A stretch of DNA of 64,000 nt from IMG/VR virus record IMGVR_UViG_2839447872_000003, positions 1,166 through 65,165 of that record, one strand, 5' to 3'. Origin of the DNA: a virus. Its lineage: Duplodnaviria > Caudoviricetes. Both the position numbers and the translations under genes were made by a program. Under the pieces are notes generated by a model. That model did not search any database. It saw nothing but the letters and a program-made list of their open reading frames with translations, and was not told where the DNA came from. Shown here in pieces: positions 8,720-18,608 of this stretch; the stretch's first letter is position 1; the number at the start of each line of letters is the position of its first letter.

Positions 8720-9676
8720 ATGATCAGAAATCCTAACGATCTCCATGACGGAGAGAAGAAAATCCGAATGCTGATTGCCGGCTACCCCGGTATTGGCAAG
8801 TCCACCTTGGCCCTGTCTGCCCCCAATCCCCTGCACATTGATGTGGATTTCGGTATTGACCGAATTGAACCCCGCTACCGCAAGCCGTACATCCAGCCCA
8901 AGAGCTACGACGAGATCCTGGAAGATCTTACCCCGGTCAACCTTCAGGACTTCGATACTCTGGTATTTGATACCGGCGGAAAGCTCATTTCTCTTATGTC
9001 TCTATGGGCCATTAAGAAAGACCCCAAGTATGGCCAGCGTGACGGATCGCTCTCTCTCAAGGGCTATGGTTTCGTCGGCAAGGAATTCGTTCGGCTGATG
9101 GATTACTGCTTCTACGAGCTGGACAAGCACATCGTGATCGTGTTCCACGCGACCGAGGAAAAGGATGGGGATAACACCCGGCTCCGCATCAAGGTCGAAG
9201 GCCAGACCAAGAACAATGTCTGGGAGCCGATGGACCTGGGCGGCTTCGTGGAGATGTATGGCAAAGACCGAACTATCGGCTTCTCCAACTGCGAGCGGTA
9301 TTTCGCCAAGGGTACCCGGGGCATCTCCGGCGTCCTGAAAATCCCCGCTCTCGGCCCCAATAGCCCCAACGATTTCCTGACCAAACTGTTTGCCGAGTAC
9401 AATGCCAAGGCTGCGGCCGAGGTGGAGCAGAACGCGGCAGATCAGGCTGCATACGAGGCGGCGATGATCGAAGGCACTGAGATTATCGCAGGAATCACCG
9501 ATGCAGACTCGGCCAACGCGGCCATGCCGAAGTATAAGGCTATCAAGCATGCGCTGACCTCAAACAAGGAGCTCGGCGTTATCTGGAACAAGAAGATCGA
9601 GGACTGCGGGCTGTTCTTCGATAAGGTCTTGAAGCGGTACACTCCTGTTCAGAAGGAGCAGAAGGGAGCTGAGTAA
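8720..9676 (+). CDS. P-loop ATPase, Sak4/AAA_24-like recombination protein
   Basis: Walker A GYPGIGKS, Walker B LVFDT, HATEEK motif. Confidence 0.8.
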   Translation: MIRNPNDLHDGEKKIRMLIAGYPGIGKSTLALSAPNPLHIDVDFGIDRIEPRYRKPYIQPKSYDEILEDLTPVNLQDFDTLVFDTGGKLISLMSLWAIKKDPKYGQRDGSLSLKGYGFVGKEFVRLMDYCFYELDKHIVIVFHATEEKDGDNTRLRIKVEGQTKNNVWEPMDLGGFVEMYGKDRTIGFSNCERYFAKGTRGISGVLKIPALGPNSPNDFLTKLFAEYNAKAAAEVEQNAADQAAYEAAMIEGTEIIAGITDADSANAAMPKYKAIKHALTSNKELGVIWNKKIEDCGLFFDKVLKRYTPVQKEQKGAE

Positions 9677-10348
9677 ATGGCTCGGTATCTGATGACACAC
9701 AGTTTACTCAGTTCTTGGCTCTATTCAATGGCGAGCAATCCCTATGAAGATATGACCACCAAGCGCGATCCAATGGCAGAGTTCATGTCTACGCTCAATA
9801 GGGAGCAGACAAAACCTAGCGGCAAGATGCTGAACGGCATCACGTTTGAAAATTTGGTCACAGCAATTCTTAGAAATGCGGCGGAGTTCGACTACTGCGA
9901 AATGAACGAAAAAACCAAGGAAATTCGACAGTTCCACATTCAGACGGCTGACCATAAGTGGTATGATGCCGCCGCTAAGGTGGCTCAAACTGTCAGCGGG
10001 GGCGTTTTGCAATACCGGGCCAACAAAACTATCGTGGTTGGCGGTCTGACGCTGGTACTGTGTGGCCGGCTGGACTGCCTCAAGGCCGGAGACATCAAGG
10101 ACATCAAGTTCTCCAGTAGCTATGACCGGGGTAAGTATTTCAGTAGTACCCAACACCCAACCTACTTTGAAATTGTCCCGGAGGCGAAGACCTTTACATA
10201 TCTGGTAAGCAACGGCTCCGAGGTATGGACGGAGCGGTACTACCGCGAGGAGACGCCCAGCATCATCCCCACCATTTCAGACTTTTTGGAATGGCTGGAT
10301 GCCCTGGAGCTGGCCCCGCTTTACAAAAAGAAGTGGCTGGCGCTATGA
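9677..10348 (+). CDS. PD-(D/E)XK-like exonuclease
   Basis: GRLDCL...DIK motif; next to the Sak4-like gene. Confidence 0.6.
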   Translation: MARYLMTHSLLSSWLYSMASNPYEDMTTKRDPMAEFMSTLNREQTKPSGKMLNGITFENLVTAILRNAAEFDYCEMNEKTKEIRQFHIQTADHKWYDAAAKVAQTVSGGVLQYRANKTIVVGGLTLVLCGRLDCLKAGDIKDIKFSSSYDRGKYFSSTQHPTYFEIVPEAKTFTYLVSNGSEVWTERYYREETPSIIPTISDFLEWLDALELAPLYKKKWLAL

Positions 10349-10875
10349 AGGGACGACTGATTGATCTATCACTGGGCCTCAATCGAAAGCAACGTATTAC
10401 CATCGAGGTCGACAGAGATTTCCGAGAGGATTTCGACCGGCTCAAAGAGGCCGAGTTGGATGTGGAGATTAAAAAACACCGTAACCGCCGTTCTCTGTCG
10501 GCCAATGCCTATTTTCACGTCCTGGTCAGTAAGATTGCCGCTGAACGCGGCGGCAGCGAGGACAGCACCAAGGAATCTCTAGTATGCGAGTACGGCGCCT
10601 TGGCCAAAGATCAGGACGGACTCACCGTAGGTTTCAAACTTCCTGCGTCAGTGGATGTGACCACCATCTATCCCTATGTGAAATGCTTTGACACCCGCGT
10701 GGAGAACGGCAAGATGTTCAAATGCTACTTGGTCTACAAGCAGACGCACCTCATGGACAGCAAGGAAATGGCTCGGCTGATTGACGGGGCCATCGAGGTA
10801 GCCAAGGAGCTGGGCGTCGAGACGGATACCCCGGAGCAGCTGGCCCGGTACAAGGAGGACTGGAATAAGGAATGA
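10345..10875 (+). CDS. NinB-like recombination protein
   Basis: RSLSANAYFHVLVSKIA and MDSKEMARLIDG motifs. Confidence 0.7.
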   Translation: MKGRLIDLSLGLNRKQRITIEVDRDFREDFDRLKEAELDVEIKKHRNRRSLSANAYFHVLVSKIAAERGGSEDSTKESLVCEYGALAKDQDGLTVGFKLPASVDVTTIYPYVKCFDTRVENGKMFKCYLVYKQTHLMDSKEMARLIDGAIEVAKELGVETDTPEQLARYKEDWNKE

Positions 10876-11255
10876 GAAAAGTTTACTGCGACTACTGCGG
10901 CCGGCAGGCTGAGTATGTGGACAGCAAGGTCATCTACGGCAAGAGCTACGGCATGATGTACCTCTGCCGGAATTGCATGGCCTACGTCGGTGTTCACAAG
11001 GGCACCGACAAGCCCTTGGGCCGGCTGGCCAACGCGGAACTCCGCTACTGGAAGAAACGGGCCCACGCCGTTTTTGACCCCCTGTGGCAGCGGGGGCGCT
11101 TCCGCGGCCACCGCAACGCGGCTTATGGCTGGCTGGCCCAGAAGATGGGCCTGCCCGTGGAGCAGACCCATATCGGAATGTTTGATGTGGCGCAGTGTCG
11201 CAAGGCCATCCATATCATTGAGAACGAAACGCGAGGAGGAAGTTCACGTGGATGA
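10872..11255 (+). CDS. DUF3268-like zinc-finger protein
   Basis: CDYCG...CRNCMAYVGVHKGT...LGRLAN...H..FDPLW. Confidence 0.85.
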   Translation: MRKVYCDYCGRQAEYVDSKVIYGKSYGMMYLCRNCMAYVGVHKGTDKPLGRLANAELRYWKKRAHAVFDPLWQRGRFRGHRNAAYGWLAQKMGLPVEQTHIGMFDVAQCRKAIHIIENETRGGSSRG

Positions 11256-11487
11256 AAAGAGAAGCCCCGAGGAGCTGCTGGCGCAGCTGTGCCTGGAGCC
11301 CGGCTTCGTGCTGGTGCCGCAGGACCGCTTTGAGGAACTGGTGCGGGCCGAGGCGGAGCGCGACGTCTTGGAAGTCGTAATTTTGGGAAACAAGAGCTAC
11401 AACGTCGATGTCGTCATGGCCGCCATCAAGAAAGCCCGGAACAAGGTGCTCCTGGGCAAGCCGGAGGTGGAGGGCGATGCTCAATAG
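11248..11487 (+). CDS. Hypothetical phage protein
   Basis: GTG after GAGGAGG, coupled to both neighbours. Confidence 0.65.
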   Translation: MDEKRSPEELLAQLCLEPGFVLVPQDRFEELVRAEAERDVLEVVILGNKSYNVDVVMAAIKKARNKVLLGKPEVEGDAQ

Positions 11488-11944
11488 AATCATCATCATG
11501 GGTCGGCTGACCCGTGATCCGGAACTGCGCAGTACCCCAAACGGCACGTCTGTTGCCTCTTTCACCCTGGCGGTAGACCGTGACTTCAAAAATAAGCAGA
11601 CCGGAGAGAAGGAAACGGACTTTATCGACATGATCGCCTGGCGTTCTACTGCCGAATTTGTTGCCAGATATTTTACCAAGGGCCGTATGGCCGTAGTGGA
11701 GGGTCGGCTTCAGATTCGTCTTTGGGAGGACCGCGATGGTAATAAGCGAAAGTCCGCCGAAGTCATAGCCGACAGCGTTTACTTTGGGGATTCAAAGAAA
11801 GATAATGATGGCCGTAGTGATCAAAATTATCCAGCGGGCGGATACAGCGATGTTCCAGGCGGAAGAGGTACGCCGCCGTCTGCACCTGTGTATTCTATTC
11901 CCGACTTCACCGAGGTGGACGATGACGGGGATTTGCCATTCTGA
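11477..11944 (+). CDS. ssb: Single-stranded DNA-binding protein
   Basis: MLNRIIIMGRLTRDPELR start and acidic DDDGDLPF tail. Confidence 0.97.
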   Translation: MLNRIIIMGRLTRDPELRSTPNGTSVASFTLAVDRDFKNKQTGEKETDFIDMIAWRSTAEFVARYFTKGRMAVVEGRLQIRLWEDRDGNKRKSAEVIADSVYFGDSKKDNDGRSDQNYPAGGYSDVPGGRGTPPSAPVYSIPDFTEVDDDGDLPF

Positions 11945-12029
11945 TTTATTTGGACAGGCCGTTCCATGCGGGCGGCCTGTCCAAAAGGCCCTGTGGCATG
12001 GACAAAGTTAAAAAGGAGTTGGATGATCT

Positions 12030-12896
12030 ATGTCCCGCAGAGAACAACCGTATCTTCCGCTTTATGTCATGGATTTTCTTACAGATGAAAAATTGGTTGA
12101 GTGCAGCGCAGAGAGTACAGGCGTCTATATCCGGCTCATGTGTCTTATGCATAAATCTGAACAGTATGGTGCGATTTTGCTCAAGCAAAAGGATAAGCAA
12201 ACTGGAAAGCAAATTTATGATTTTGCTTGTAAATTAATGCGGCAAATGCCTTATGACATAGAGACGATCGAGCGTTCATTGACAGAATTGCTGAATGAAG
12301 GCGTTCTGTCCATGGATGGGGACGTTTTATTCCAGAGGCGTATGGTGCGTGACGGCAAACTCAGCGATACAAGGGCTTCTGCGGGAAAAAGAGGCGGACA
12401 AGGGCGAGGGCAGAAAAACGGCGCGCGGGCTTTTGCTTCTCGTTTTGCTTCGGATTTTGCTCAAGCAAAAACCGAAGCAAACGCTGAAAATGAAATTGAA
12501 ATTGAAAATGAATATGAAATTGAAGATAAAAGTGAAGATGAAGATAACAGAGATATTCCGAAAGAGGCAAATACCTCATTGCCCGCGCGCGAGAAAATGA
12601 GTCGGCTGCGGAAATATGGTCAATACGGATGGGTGAAGCTGACAGACGATCAGTACGAGCGCCTTCAACGCGAACTTGGCGATGCCGAACTGCAACGATG
12701 TATTGATTACATCGATGAGAGCGCCCAGATCACCAAAAACAAAAACAAATGGCGGGACTGGAACCTTGTAATTCGAAAATGCAGCAGAGATAGATGGGGA
12801 TTGTCTGTGAAAGGGGGTGCTGCTCCTGGAAGGGATCAGCCGCATTCTGCCGAATTTAAACCTTCAACTGGATTCCGAAAAGCCGAATCATCCTGA
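12030..12896 (+). CDS. Phage replication initiator (DUF1376-like N-terminus)
   Basis: PYLPLYVMDFL start, low-complexity middle, upstream of a DnaC-like gene. Confidence 0.8.
   Translation: MSRREQPYLPLYVMDFLTDEKLVECSAESTGVYIRLMCLMHKSEQYGAILLKQKDKQTGKQIYDFACKLMRQMPYDIETIERSLTELLNEGVLSMDGDVLFQRRMVRDGKLSDTRASAGKRGGQGRGQKNGARAFASRFASDFAQAKTEANAENEIEIENEYEIEDKSEDEDNRDIPKEANTSLPAREKMSRLRKYGQYGWVKLTDDQYERLQRELGDAELQRCIDYIDESAQITKNKNKWRDWNLVIRKCSRDRWGLSVKGGAAPGRDQPHSAEFKPSTGFRKAESS
12173..12550. repeat. Probable replication origin: iterons and AT-rich tract
   Basis: Exact 18-bp repeat GATTTTGCTCAAGCAAAA at 12173-12190 and 12453-12470, further TTTTGCTT copies, then a GAAAATGAAATTGAAATT tract. Confidence 0.7.
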
Positions 12897-13830
12897 CGAG
12901 TATGCCGACCTTCGGCAGTATGGCCAAAAGATTACCTCAAAGCAAGCCGAGGATCGAGGAATAAAATCAACCTGCGGCCCTGCTCCGCCACCGGAAAAAT
13001 GCAAATATTGCGGCGCGCCGCTTTACTACGAGGGCATGATTATGCCCGATCTTACCAATGACCGTGACAATGCTCCCCCGCCCTGGATATTCCGATGGAC
13101 AAATATGCCAATTCGGTGTACCTGCCCTGATGCTGTAAAACATTGGGAACGGTACGACGCAGAACAGGAACGAAAACGTCTTGAGAAGGAAAAAGAGCAG
13201 CAGAGGATGTGGCATCGCCGTCGGGTAAACGATCTACTTGCCAAAAGCGGGATTCGAAAACGGTTTCAGCAACGGACGTTTGAACGTTTCAAAGCCGATA
13301 CCCCGGGCAGAAAGCAGGCATATAACGCAGCCCGGGAATATGCTGAAAATTTTGCAATTATCAAAGAGACCGGCGATGGACTGTACATAGAGGGAACCAA
13401 TGGGACCGGCAAGACACATTTGGCCGCCGCTATCGCCATGTACCTGACCGATAAGGAATACTCGGTTATTATGAAAACGTCCTTTGATCTGCTGGACGAA
13501 ATTAAAAGGGCTTTTGACGACGCGTACACATCGGAACATGAGGTCATGAAGGCATATCGGGAGTGTGATCTCTTGATCATTGATGATCTTGGCAAAGAAC
13601 AATGTACCGATTGGTCTATGTCAATTCTTTATTCCATCATCAACGAGCGATACGAAGCCATGAAACCAATCATTATCACCACAAATTTTGGCGCCGAGGA
13701 TTTAATCCGCACACTTACTCCACGGGGATACGGATGCCAGAAAATTGAGTCTATCATAAGCAGGCTGCGGGAGGTATCCCAAACTTTGACAATGGCTTGG
13801 GATGACTACCGCAGCAGACAGGAGGAATGA
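12817..13830 (+). CDS. DnaC/IstB-like helicase loader ATPase
   Basis: GTNGTGKTHL Walker A, LLIIDDLGKE Walker B, IITTN; start uncertain. Confidence 0.92.
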   Translation: MLLLEGISRILPNLNLQLDSEKPNHPDEYADLRQYGQKITSKQAEDRGIKSTCGPAPPPEKCKYCGAPLYYEGMIMPDLTNDRDNAPPPWIFRWTNMPIRCTCPDAVKHWERYDAEQERKRLEKEKEQQRMWHRRRVNDLLAKSGIRKRFQQRTFERFKADTPGRKQAYNAAREYAENFAIIKETGDGLYIEGTNGTGKTHLAAAIAMYLTDKEYSVIMKTSFDLLDEIKRAFDDAYTSEHEVMKAYRECDLLIIDDLGKEQCTDWSMSILYSIINERYEAMKPIIITTNFGAEDLIRTLTPRGYGCQKIESIISRLREVSQTLTMAWDDYRSRQEE

Positions 13831-14435
13831 TGAAGCAATACAGGATTTGGATGTTACCCTACATAAAACTCTGTGTACTTGTGGCCGTTGCCACGATTAT
13901 GGCGGTTGCGTCTGTAATGAAGGGAGACGCCCCTAATAAAAAAGCTCTGACAGACGTGCCAACTGCACCAATGGAAATACTCCCGGCTGCTGAAATGGTC
14001 ATTTTAGAGCAGGAAATGGAAGCAGAATCTCCAATCCCACAGATCATCGAGCGGTATGATTCTATCAACATTTCAGAAAACGAATTACATGAACTGGCAG
14101 CGATTGTCTATCTGGAGGCTGGAAATCAAAGTGCAAAAGGCCAACAGGCCGTTGCGGAAGTCGTATTGAACCGTGTGATTTCCCCGGACTTCCCGGACAG
14201 TGTACATGACGTGCTGCATCAAGGAGAGGACACAGCGATGCCGCAGTTCTCCGCAATTTGTGTTCAGCAAACCGCAGAACCGGGACAAATGCAATATGAA
14301 GCGGTTGCCGCCGCTTTATATGGTCCGTCCGTTCTTCCGGCTGATGTGGTGTACTTTTCTCGTAACGGTGAGAATGATCGCATATGGGGGGCCATTGGAG
14401 ATCATATATTCTGCTTTGGTTATGTTTGGGAGTGA
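13827..14435 (+). CDS. SleB/Hydrolase_2-family cell wall hydrolase
   Basis: LAAIVYLEAGNQ...GQQAVAEVVLNRV...FP...QF...IGDHIF; N-terminal TM segment. Confidence 0.85.
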   Translation: MMKQYRIWMLPYIKLCVLVAVATIMAVASVMKGDAPNKKALTDVPTAPMEILPAAEMVILEQEMEAESPIPQIIERYDSINISENELHELAAIVYLEAGNQSAKGQQAVAEVVLNRVISPDFPDSVHDVLHQGEDTAMPQFSAICVQQTAEPGQMQYEAVAAALYGPSVLPADVVYFSRNGENDRIWGAIGDHIFCFGYVWE

Positions 14436-14439
14436 TGTC

Positions 14440-14625
14440 ATGAAACAAATGCAGCTTAAAAGATTCTTACATGCCCTTTGTGGCCTGGGGTTCCTGATAC
14501 TGTTTGGCACCGCCAACGCCAGTGATTTAAACAGTATCTCGATTAGCCGGACGTTCTGGCAATCGTTTGTTGGGCTGACGATGTTCATTGTCGGCGGAAC
14601 GCTGGGAGGATTGATTGAATGGTAA
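14440..14625 (+). CDS. Small membrane protein
   Basis: Two hydrophobic segments. Confidence 0.55.
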   Translation: MKQMQLKRFLHALCGLGFLILFGTANASDLNSISISRTFWQSFVGLTMFIVGGTLGGLIEW

Positions 14626-15131
14626 GGAACAAAGACCCCAAGCGCCAATGGCAGGGTGCTGTCAGCAAGGCCAGAGGCAGACAGTTCGAAGAACAGATTG
14701 ACGCTGCGTTTGAATATTATCGTAATCAGGGCAGCGCCATTATCGAAAAGACCCCTGAACCGATGCGCCCCATCAAAAACCTTGGCGCTGGAAAATTTAT
14801 TGCTTTTTTCGAACGCAAAGCACAACCGGACTATAAAGGTGTCATCAAAGGCGGCCAGGCGGTCATTTTTGAAGCAAAGTTTACATCAGCCGATCGCATG
14901 GAACAAAGCCGGGTACTTCAAAGCCAGGCTGAATATTTAACCCATTATCAGTATCTTGGAGCAAGGTGTTTCATCGTGGCAGGGTTCGCCTCAAATGGGG
15001 TTTACCGGCTCCCTTGGGATGTTTGGCGGAACATGAAGGAGCGTTTTGGCCGCAAGTACATCACTGAATCAGATCTGCAAGAATATCGAGTGCTGACGGC
15101 ACAAAACGGTGCGCTGCTGTTGCTCGATTAA
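14619..15131 (+). CDS. recU: RecU-like Holliday junction resolvase
   Basis: GRQFE...IEKTPEP...PDYKG...FEAK motifs. Confidence 0.9.
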   Translation: MVRNKDPKRQWQGAVSKARGRQFEEQIDAAFEYYRNQGSAIIEKTPEPMRPIKNLGAGKFIAFFERKAQPDYKGVIKGGQAVIFEAKFTSADRMEQSRVLQSQAEYLTHYQYLGARCFIVAGFASNGVYRLPWDVWRNMKERFGRKYITESDLQEYRVLTAQNGALLLLD

Positions 15132-15148
15132 GAAAGGGGTTTATCATC

Positions 15149-15637
15149 ATGAGCGAGATTTCCAAGTACGAAGCCTACAAAAAGAAGTTGCAAGGTGTTT
15201 GCGACGAAAACGATCTGGTGTTTCGCTTTCGTTGTGACAGATATCCTATTACCCTGACCATTAAGCCGGTCACTGGTCTGGAGGAACAGCTATCTTTACT
15301 GGAGAATGTCGAGGATAAGGGATACACCAGTCCCGATGCATCCATCGTGTTTTTCTTCAAAGATGGCAGTATAACCTACAAGACCTCGCAGACCTTCACC
15401 ATTAACGACACACTGTTCTCCAAAATCAAAAACCTATTCAAAAACATGCACTACTGCTGGCTCCAGTTTTTCTTTCGGGATGTGGTCGAGAAGGGCGTTT
15501 TGACACCGAAGACCATGCCGGTTATCGATAAAAGCGACGATGACCTTCCAAAAGAAGCGGAGCCGCTGGAGGCTCTGCTCCGGCACATGGACCCCAAGAC
15601 GCACCGCATCACATCAAATTCCCCTGCCGAGGGATAA
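15149..15637 (+). CDS. Hypothetical phage protein
   Basis: AAAGGGG RBS, 162 aa. Confidence 0.7.
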   Translation: MSEISKYEAYKKKLQGVCDENDLVFRFRCDRYPITLTIKPVTGLEEQLSLLENVEDKGYTSPDASIVFFFKDGSITYKTSQTFTINDTLFSKIKNLFKNMHYCWLQFFFRDVVEKGVLTPKTMPVIDKSDDDLPKEAEPLEALLRHMDPKTHRITSNSPAEG

Positions 15638-15663
15638 GTCGGCCGACGAAAGGAGCTATTATA

Positions 15664-17235
15664 ATGGCAAAGAAGGTATTGAATGAAAGGTGCCCACTAC
15701 AGACGGAGTGCGAACGGAAGACCTGTGAATATGTCCGCAAGGAGCTGGAGTGCCCTTACTATTCTGCGAATGCCCGCGATGGATACTATATCTACGACCA
15801 GGAGGCGATTCGTGACCGGAGGGATAGGGAGGCCATGGACGAGGCCCTCCTTGCGTCCTTGGGGGATGATGACGATGACACCCCTGACGGCCTGGTCTAT
15901 ATCCCGGTCGAAGATCTCTACCCGCATCCCGACAACCCTCGGAAGGACTTGGGTGATTTGACCGAGCTGGCCGACAGCATTAAGGCCAACGGTGTCCTTC
16001 AGAATTTGACTGTTGTTCCTCGCGCCGTTACCGGGGAGATCACGGGAGAGACCTGGCAGAAGGGCTACACCGTGGTCATCGGCCACCGCCGGCTCGCGGC
16101 CTCGAAGCTGGCCGGGCTGAAAGAGCTGCCATGTGTCATCACCGATATGGACCTTCGGAGTCAGGTGCAGACCATGCTCATGGAGAATATCCAACGGTCT
16201 GACCTCACCCTCTACGAGCAGGCCCAGGGATTCCAGATGATGCTCGACCTGGGCGACAGCGTCGACGAGATCGCCCGGAAGTCTGGTTTCTCGCAGACTA
16301 CCGTTCGGCGCAGGGTAAAGCTGTTGGAGCTCGACCAGAAGAAGTTCAAGAAATCGGTGGAGCGAGGGGCCAACCTCATGGACTACATGGAGTTGGACAA
16401 AATCGAGGACCCGAAGTTGAAGAACGAGGTCCTGGACGCTATCGGGACCAACAACTTCCGACAGAAGCTGGCCAACGCCATCGAGACAGAGAAAAGCCGC
16501 AAGCTCATCGCGGAGCGAGTGCAGGCCCTTTCCGCCTTTGCGACCCAGGTTGAGAAGGTGGACCACTCCACCATGCGGTATGTGCGGAACTACGGCATCT
16601 GGAACAAGAAAGACGAGGTGAAGCGTCCTGATGACGCGGACACCGTGGCTTACTTCTTCTGTGTAGGAATGCACCAGGTAGACCTCTATCGTCAAATCGT
16701 CGAGGAGCCGGAGGACACAGAGGCGGCGGCCCAGGCGGAGCGGATCAAGGCCGAGCTGGAGCGCCGGCACGCAGAGCTTGAAACCATCTCCAGGGCAGCA
16801 TACCAGGCCCGATACGCATTCATCAAGGACTTCTCGGCGGCGAAAAAGAATGTGGCAACTGTTTGCCGGTTTGTTGCGGGGATGCTTCTCCGGGGCCACG
16901 ATGATCCGGACGACGCTATGATGTCCGAGCTCTTAGGTATTGGCGTTGATACCGAGAATGATGAAATCGACATCCCGGCCTTTGATGAACGGTCGAAGGA
17001 AAGCCCAGAATACACCCTCCTGGCTACCGCCTACGCGTCCTTTGACGCCGAGAGAGTAAATTACTTCTGGTGGCGCTGGGACCCTGCGAAGCACAGCATG
17101 GCCTGCGCCTACCAGGAAAACGAAAGCCTGGACTTCCTGTATAAAATCCTCACCGAGCTTGGATATGAGATGTCCGACGAGGAAAAAGCCCTCCAGGACG
17201 GCACCCATGAGCTGTTCCAGGAGGCGGACGGATGA
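15664..17235 (+). CDS. ParB/RepB/Spo0J-family protein
   Basis: PHPDNPRK...LADSIKANGVLQNLTV...GHRRLAA...ENIQRSDL, then HTH. Confidence 0.9.
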   Translation: MAKKVLNERCPLQTECERKTCEYVRKELECPYYSANARDGYYIYDQEAIRDRRDREAMDEALLASLGDDDDDTPDGLVYIPVEDLYPHPDNPRKDLGDLTELADSIKANGVLQNLTVVPRAVTGEITGETWQKGYTVVIGHRRLAASKLAGLKELPCVITDMDLRSQVQTMLMENIQRSDLTLYEQAQGFQMMLDLGDSVDEIARKSGFSQTTVRRRVKLLELDQKKFKKSVERGANLMDYMELDKIEDPKLKNEVLDAIGTNNFRQKLANAIETEKSRKLIAERVQALSAFATQVEKVDHSTMRYVRNYGIWNKKDEVKRPDDADTVAYFFCVGMHQVDLYRQIVEEPEDTEAAAQAERIKAELERRHAELETISRAAYQARYAFIKDFSAAKKNVATVCRFVAGMLLRGHDDPDDAMMSELLGIGVDTENDEIDIPAFDERSKESPEYTLLATAYASFDAERVNYFWWRWDPAKHSMACAYQENESLDFLYKILTELGYEMSDEEKALQDGTHELFQEADG

Positions 17236-17672
17236 AGGCTCTTACCATTTGGCAGCCCTGGGCCTCGCTGCTGGTGTCTGGCCAGAAGAAATACGAAACC
17301 CGGAGCTGGGCCACCGCCTACCGAGGCCCCATAGCCATTCACGCCGCCATGCGGCCGGTGCGTCGGACTATCGACGCGCTGGTCGCCGACCGAGGGGATG
17401 GGTGGACTGCTCTGGACTACTTTGACGCCCTGTTCATGCACCCTGGCTCCATCAACGAGTTACCTACCGGGGCTGTCATCGGAAAGGCCCTCCTGGTGCG
17501 TTGCAACTTGATTACTGAGGACTTTATGGCGCGGCTCACGCAGCAAGAATTGGCCCTTGGCGACTTTTCTTTGGGGCGGTACGCCTGGGAGTTTGAACAA
17601 ATGACCCAGTTAATAGCCCCAATCCCGGCGCGTGGCGCTCAGGGGCTTTGGTATTGGGACGCCGGCGTGTAA
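17232..17672 (+). CDS. ASCH-domain protein
   Basis: MKALTIWQPWASLL..GQKKYETRSW...RGPIAIHAA. Confidence 0.9.
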   Translation: MKALTIWQPWASLLVSGQKKYETRSWATAYRGPIAIHAAMRPVRRTIDALVADRGDGWTALDYFDALFMHPGSINELPTGAVIGKALLVRCNLITEDFMARLTQQELALGDFSLGRYAWEFEQMTQLIAPIPARGAQGLWYWDAGV

Positions 17673-17691
17673 CACAGGAGGGATGACAGGT

Positions 17692-17955
17692 ATGAAGAAG
17701 AAACGGAAATATCAGACTGTGCAGGCAAAGGCACCCCCGGAGCCAGAGGCTGTGCAGTTCCCGTCAAGCGGTCCGGTGCAGGTCGGAGACATTGTTGCTC
17801 GCCGCCCAGTCACCTTTTCGGACAACGAGAATAAAACGGCTCAAGTGATGCGCGGGCGTGTGGTCTACGTCCACCCCAAGGGCCGCTTCCATGTAGTCGA
17901 GTTTGGCGAGGGCAGGCGAGCTGTCCGGGAGAGCTTTGCAGGGGTGAGTAGATGA
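17692..17955 (+). CDS. Hypothetical phage protein
   Basis: GGAGGG RBS; YVHPKGRFHVVEF. Confidence 0.6.
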   Translation: MKKKRKYQTVQAKAPPEPEAVQFPSSGPVQVGDIVARRPVTFSDNENKTAQVMRGRVVYVHPKGRFHVVEFGEGRRAVRESFAGVSR

Positions 17956-18608
17956 AAGAAAAGATAGGAAACCTTGGCGAAGTCGCCATTGGAATACTTA
18001 ATGAACTTCATACCGAACGGCTCGACTACGAAAGCGAGTATCTCCCTTTAGTCGACTGTGCCCAGCGGTGTGCAGCCTACGAAGAAACCGGTTTGCTTCC
18101 GGAGGAAGTCGTGAAAATGGGCATGATGCTTGAGGACAGCAGGCGCTATTCTGGCCGGCTCGAATTAAAGCTGAAACCCTACCTTGACATAGGCCTTGGC
18201 CCATCGGAGCTAAATGCGCTGAAACTTGCAAGCGTGGGGAAATGCGTGGTCGAAATCAAGGAGTTTGATGGCATCGCTATCGACCGTCTCCGCAAGCTGG
18301 CCCAGGCCGAGAAGGACGGGCGGCTGGTGGTGCTGCCGTGTAAGGTGGGGGATACGGTGTATGCCAGAAATCACAACGGACGGATCGTAGATGGCGTAGT
18401 AGAGTCTATCCATCAGAATTACGTTGCAGGGAAAGCTGGCCGATGGGTTGTAACAGTATATTATCCGGAATACAACAGAACAGCAGAAAGCGGTCTCCAC
18501 CCTGACTTTTTGCCGACGACAAAGTTCTATGGCTTAGATGATTTCGGCAAAACCGTCTTTCCGACCCACGAGGAGGCAGGGGCGGCGCTGAAAGGCGGCG
18601 GCGAATGA
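17952..18608 (+). CDS. Hypothetical phage protein
   Basis: GRLVVLPCKVGDTVY...FGKTVF.T.EEA, a common phage early-region motif. Confidence 0.75.
   Translation: MKEKIGNLGEVAIGILNELHTERLDYESEYLPLVDCAQRCAAYEETGLLPEEVVKMGMMLEDSRRYSGRLELKLKPYLDIGLGPSELNALKLASVGKCVVEIKEFDGIAIDRLRKLAQAEKDGRLVVLPCKVGDTVYARNHNGRIVDGVVESIHQNYVAGKAGRWVVTVYYPEYNRTAESGLHPDFLPTTKFYGLDDFGKTVFPTHEEAGAALKGGGE

Noticed and set aside
15697-16899. 400-aa antisense ORF
   Set aside because: Shadow of the GC-rich parB gene, with no recognisable motifs.
15664-17235. Plasmid-prophage ParAB partition system
   Set aside because: No ParA ATPase nearby, and the phage is integrated.
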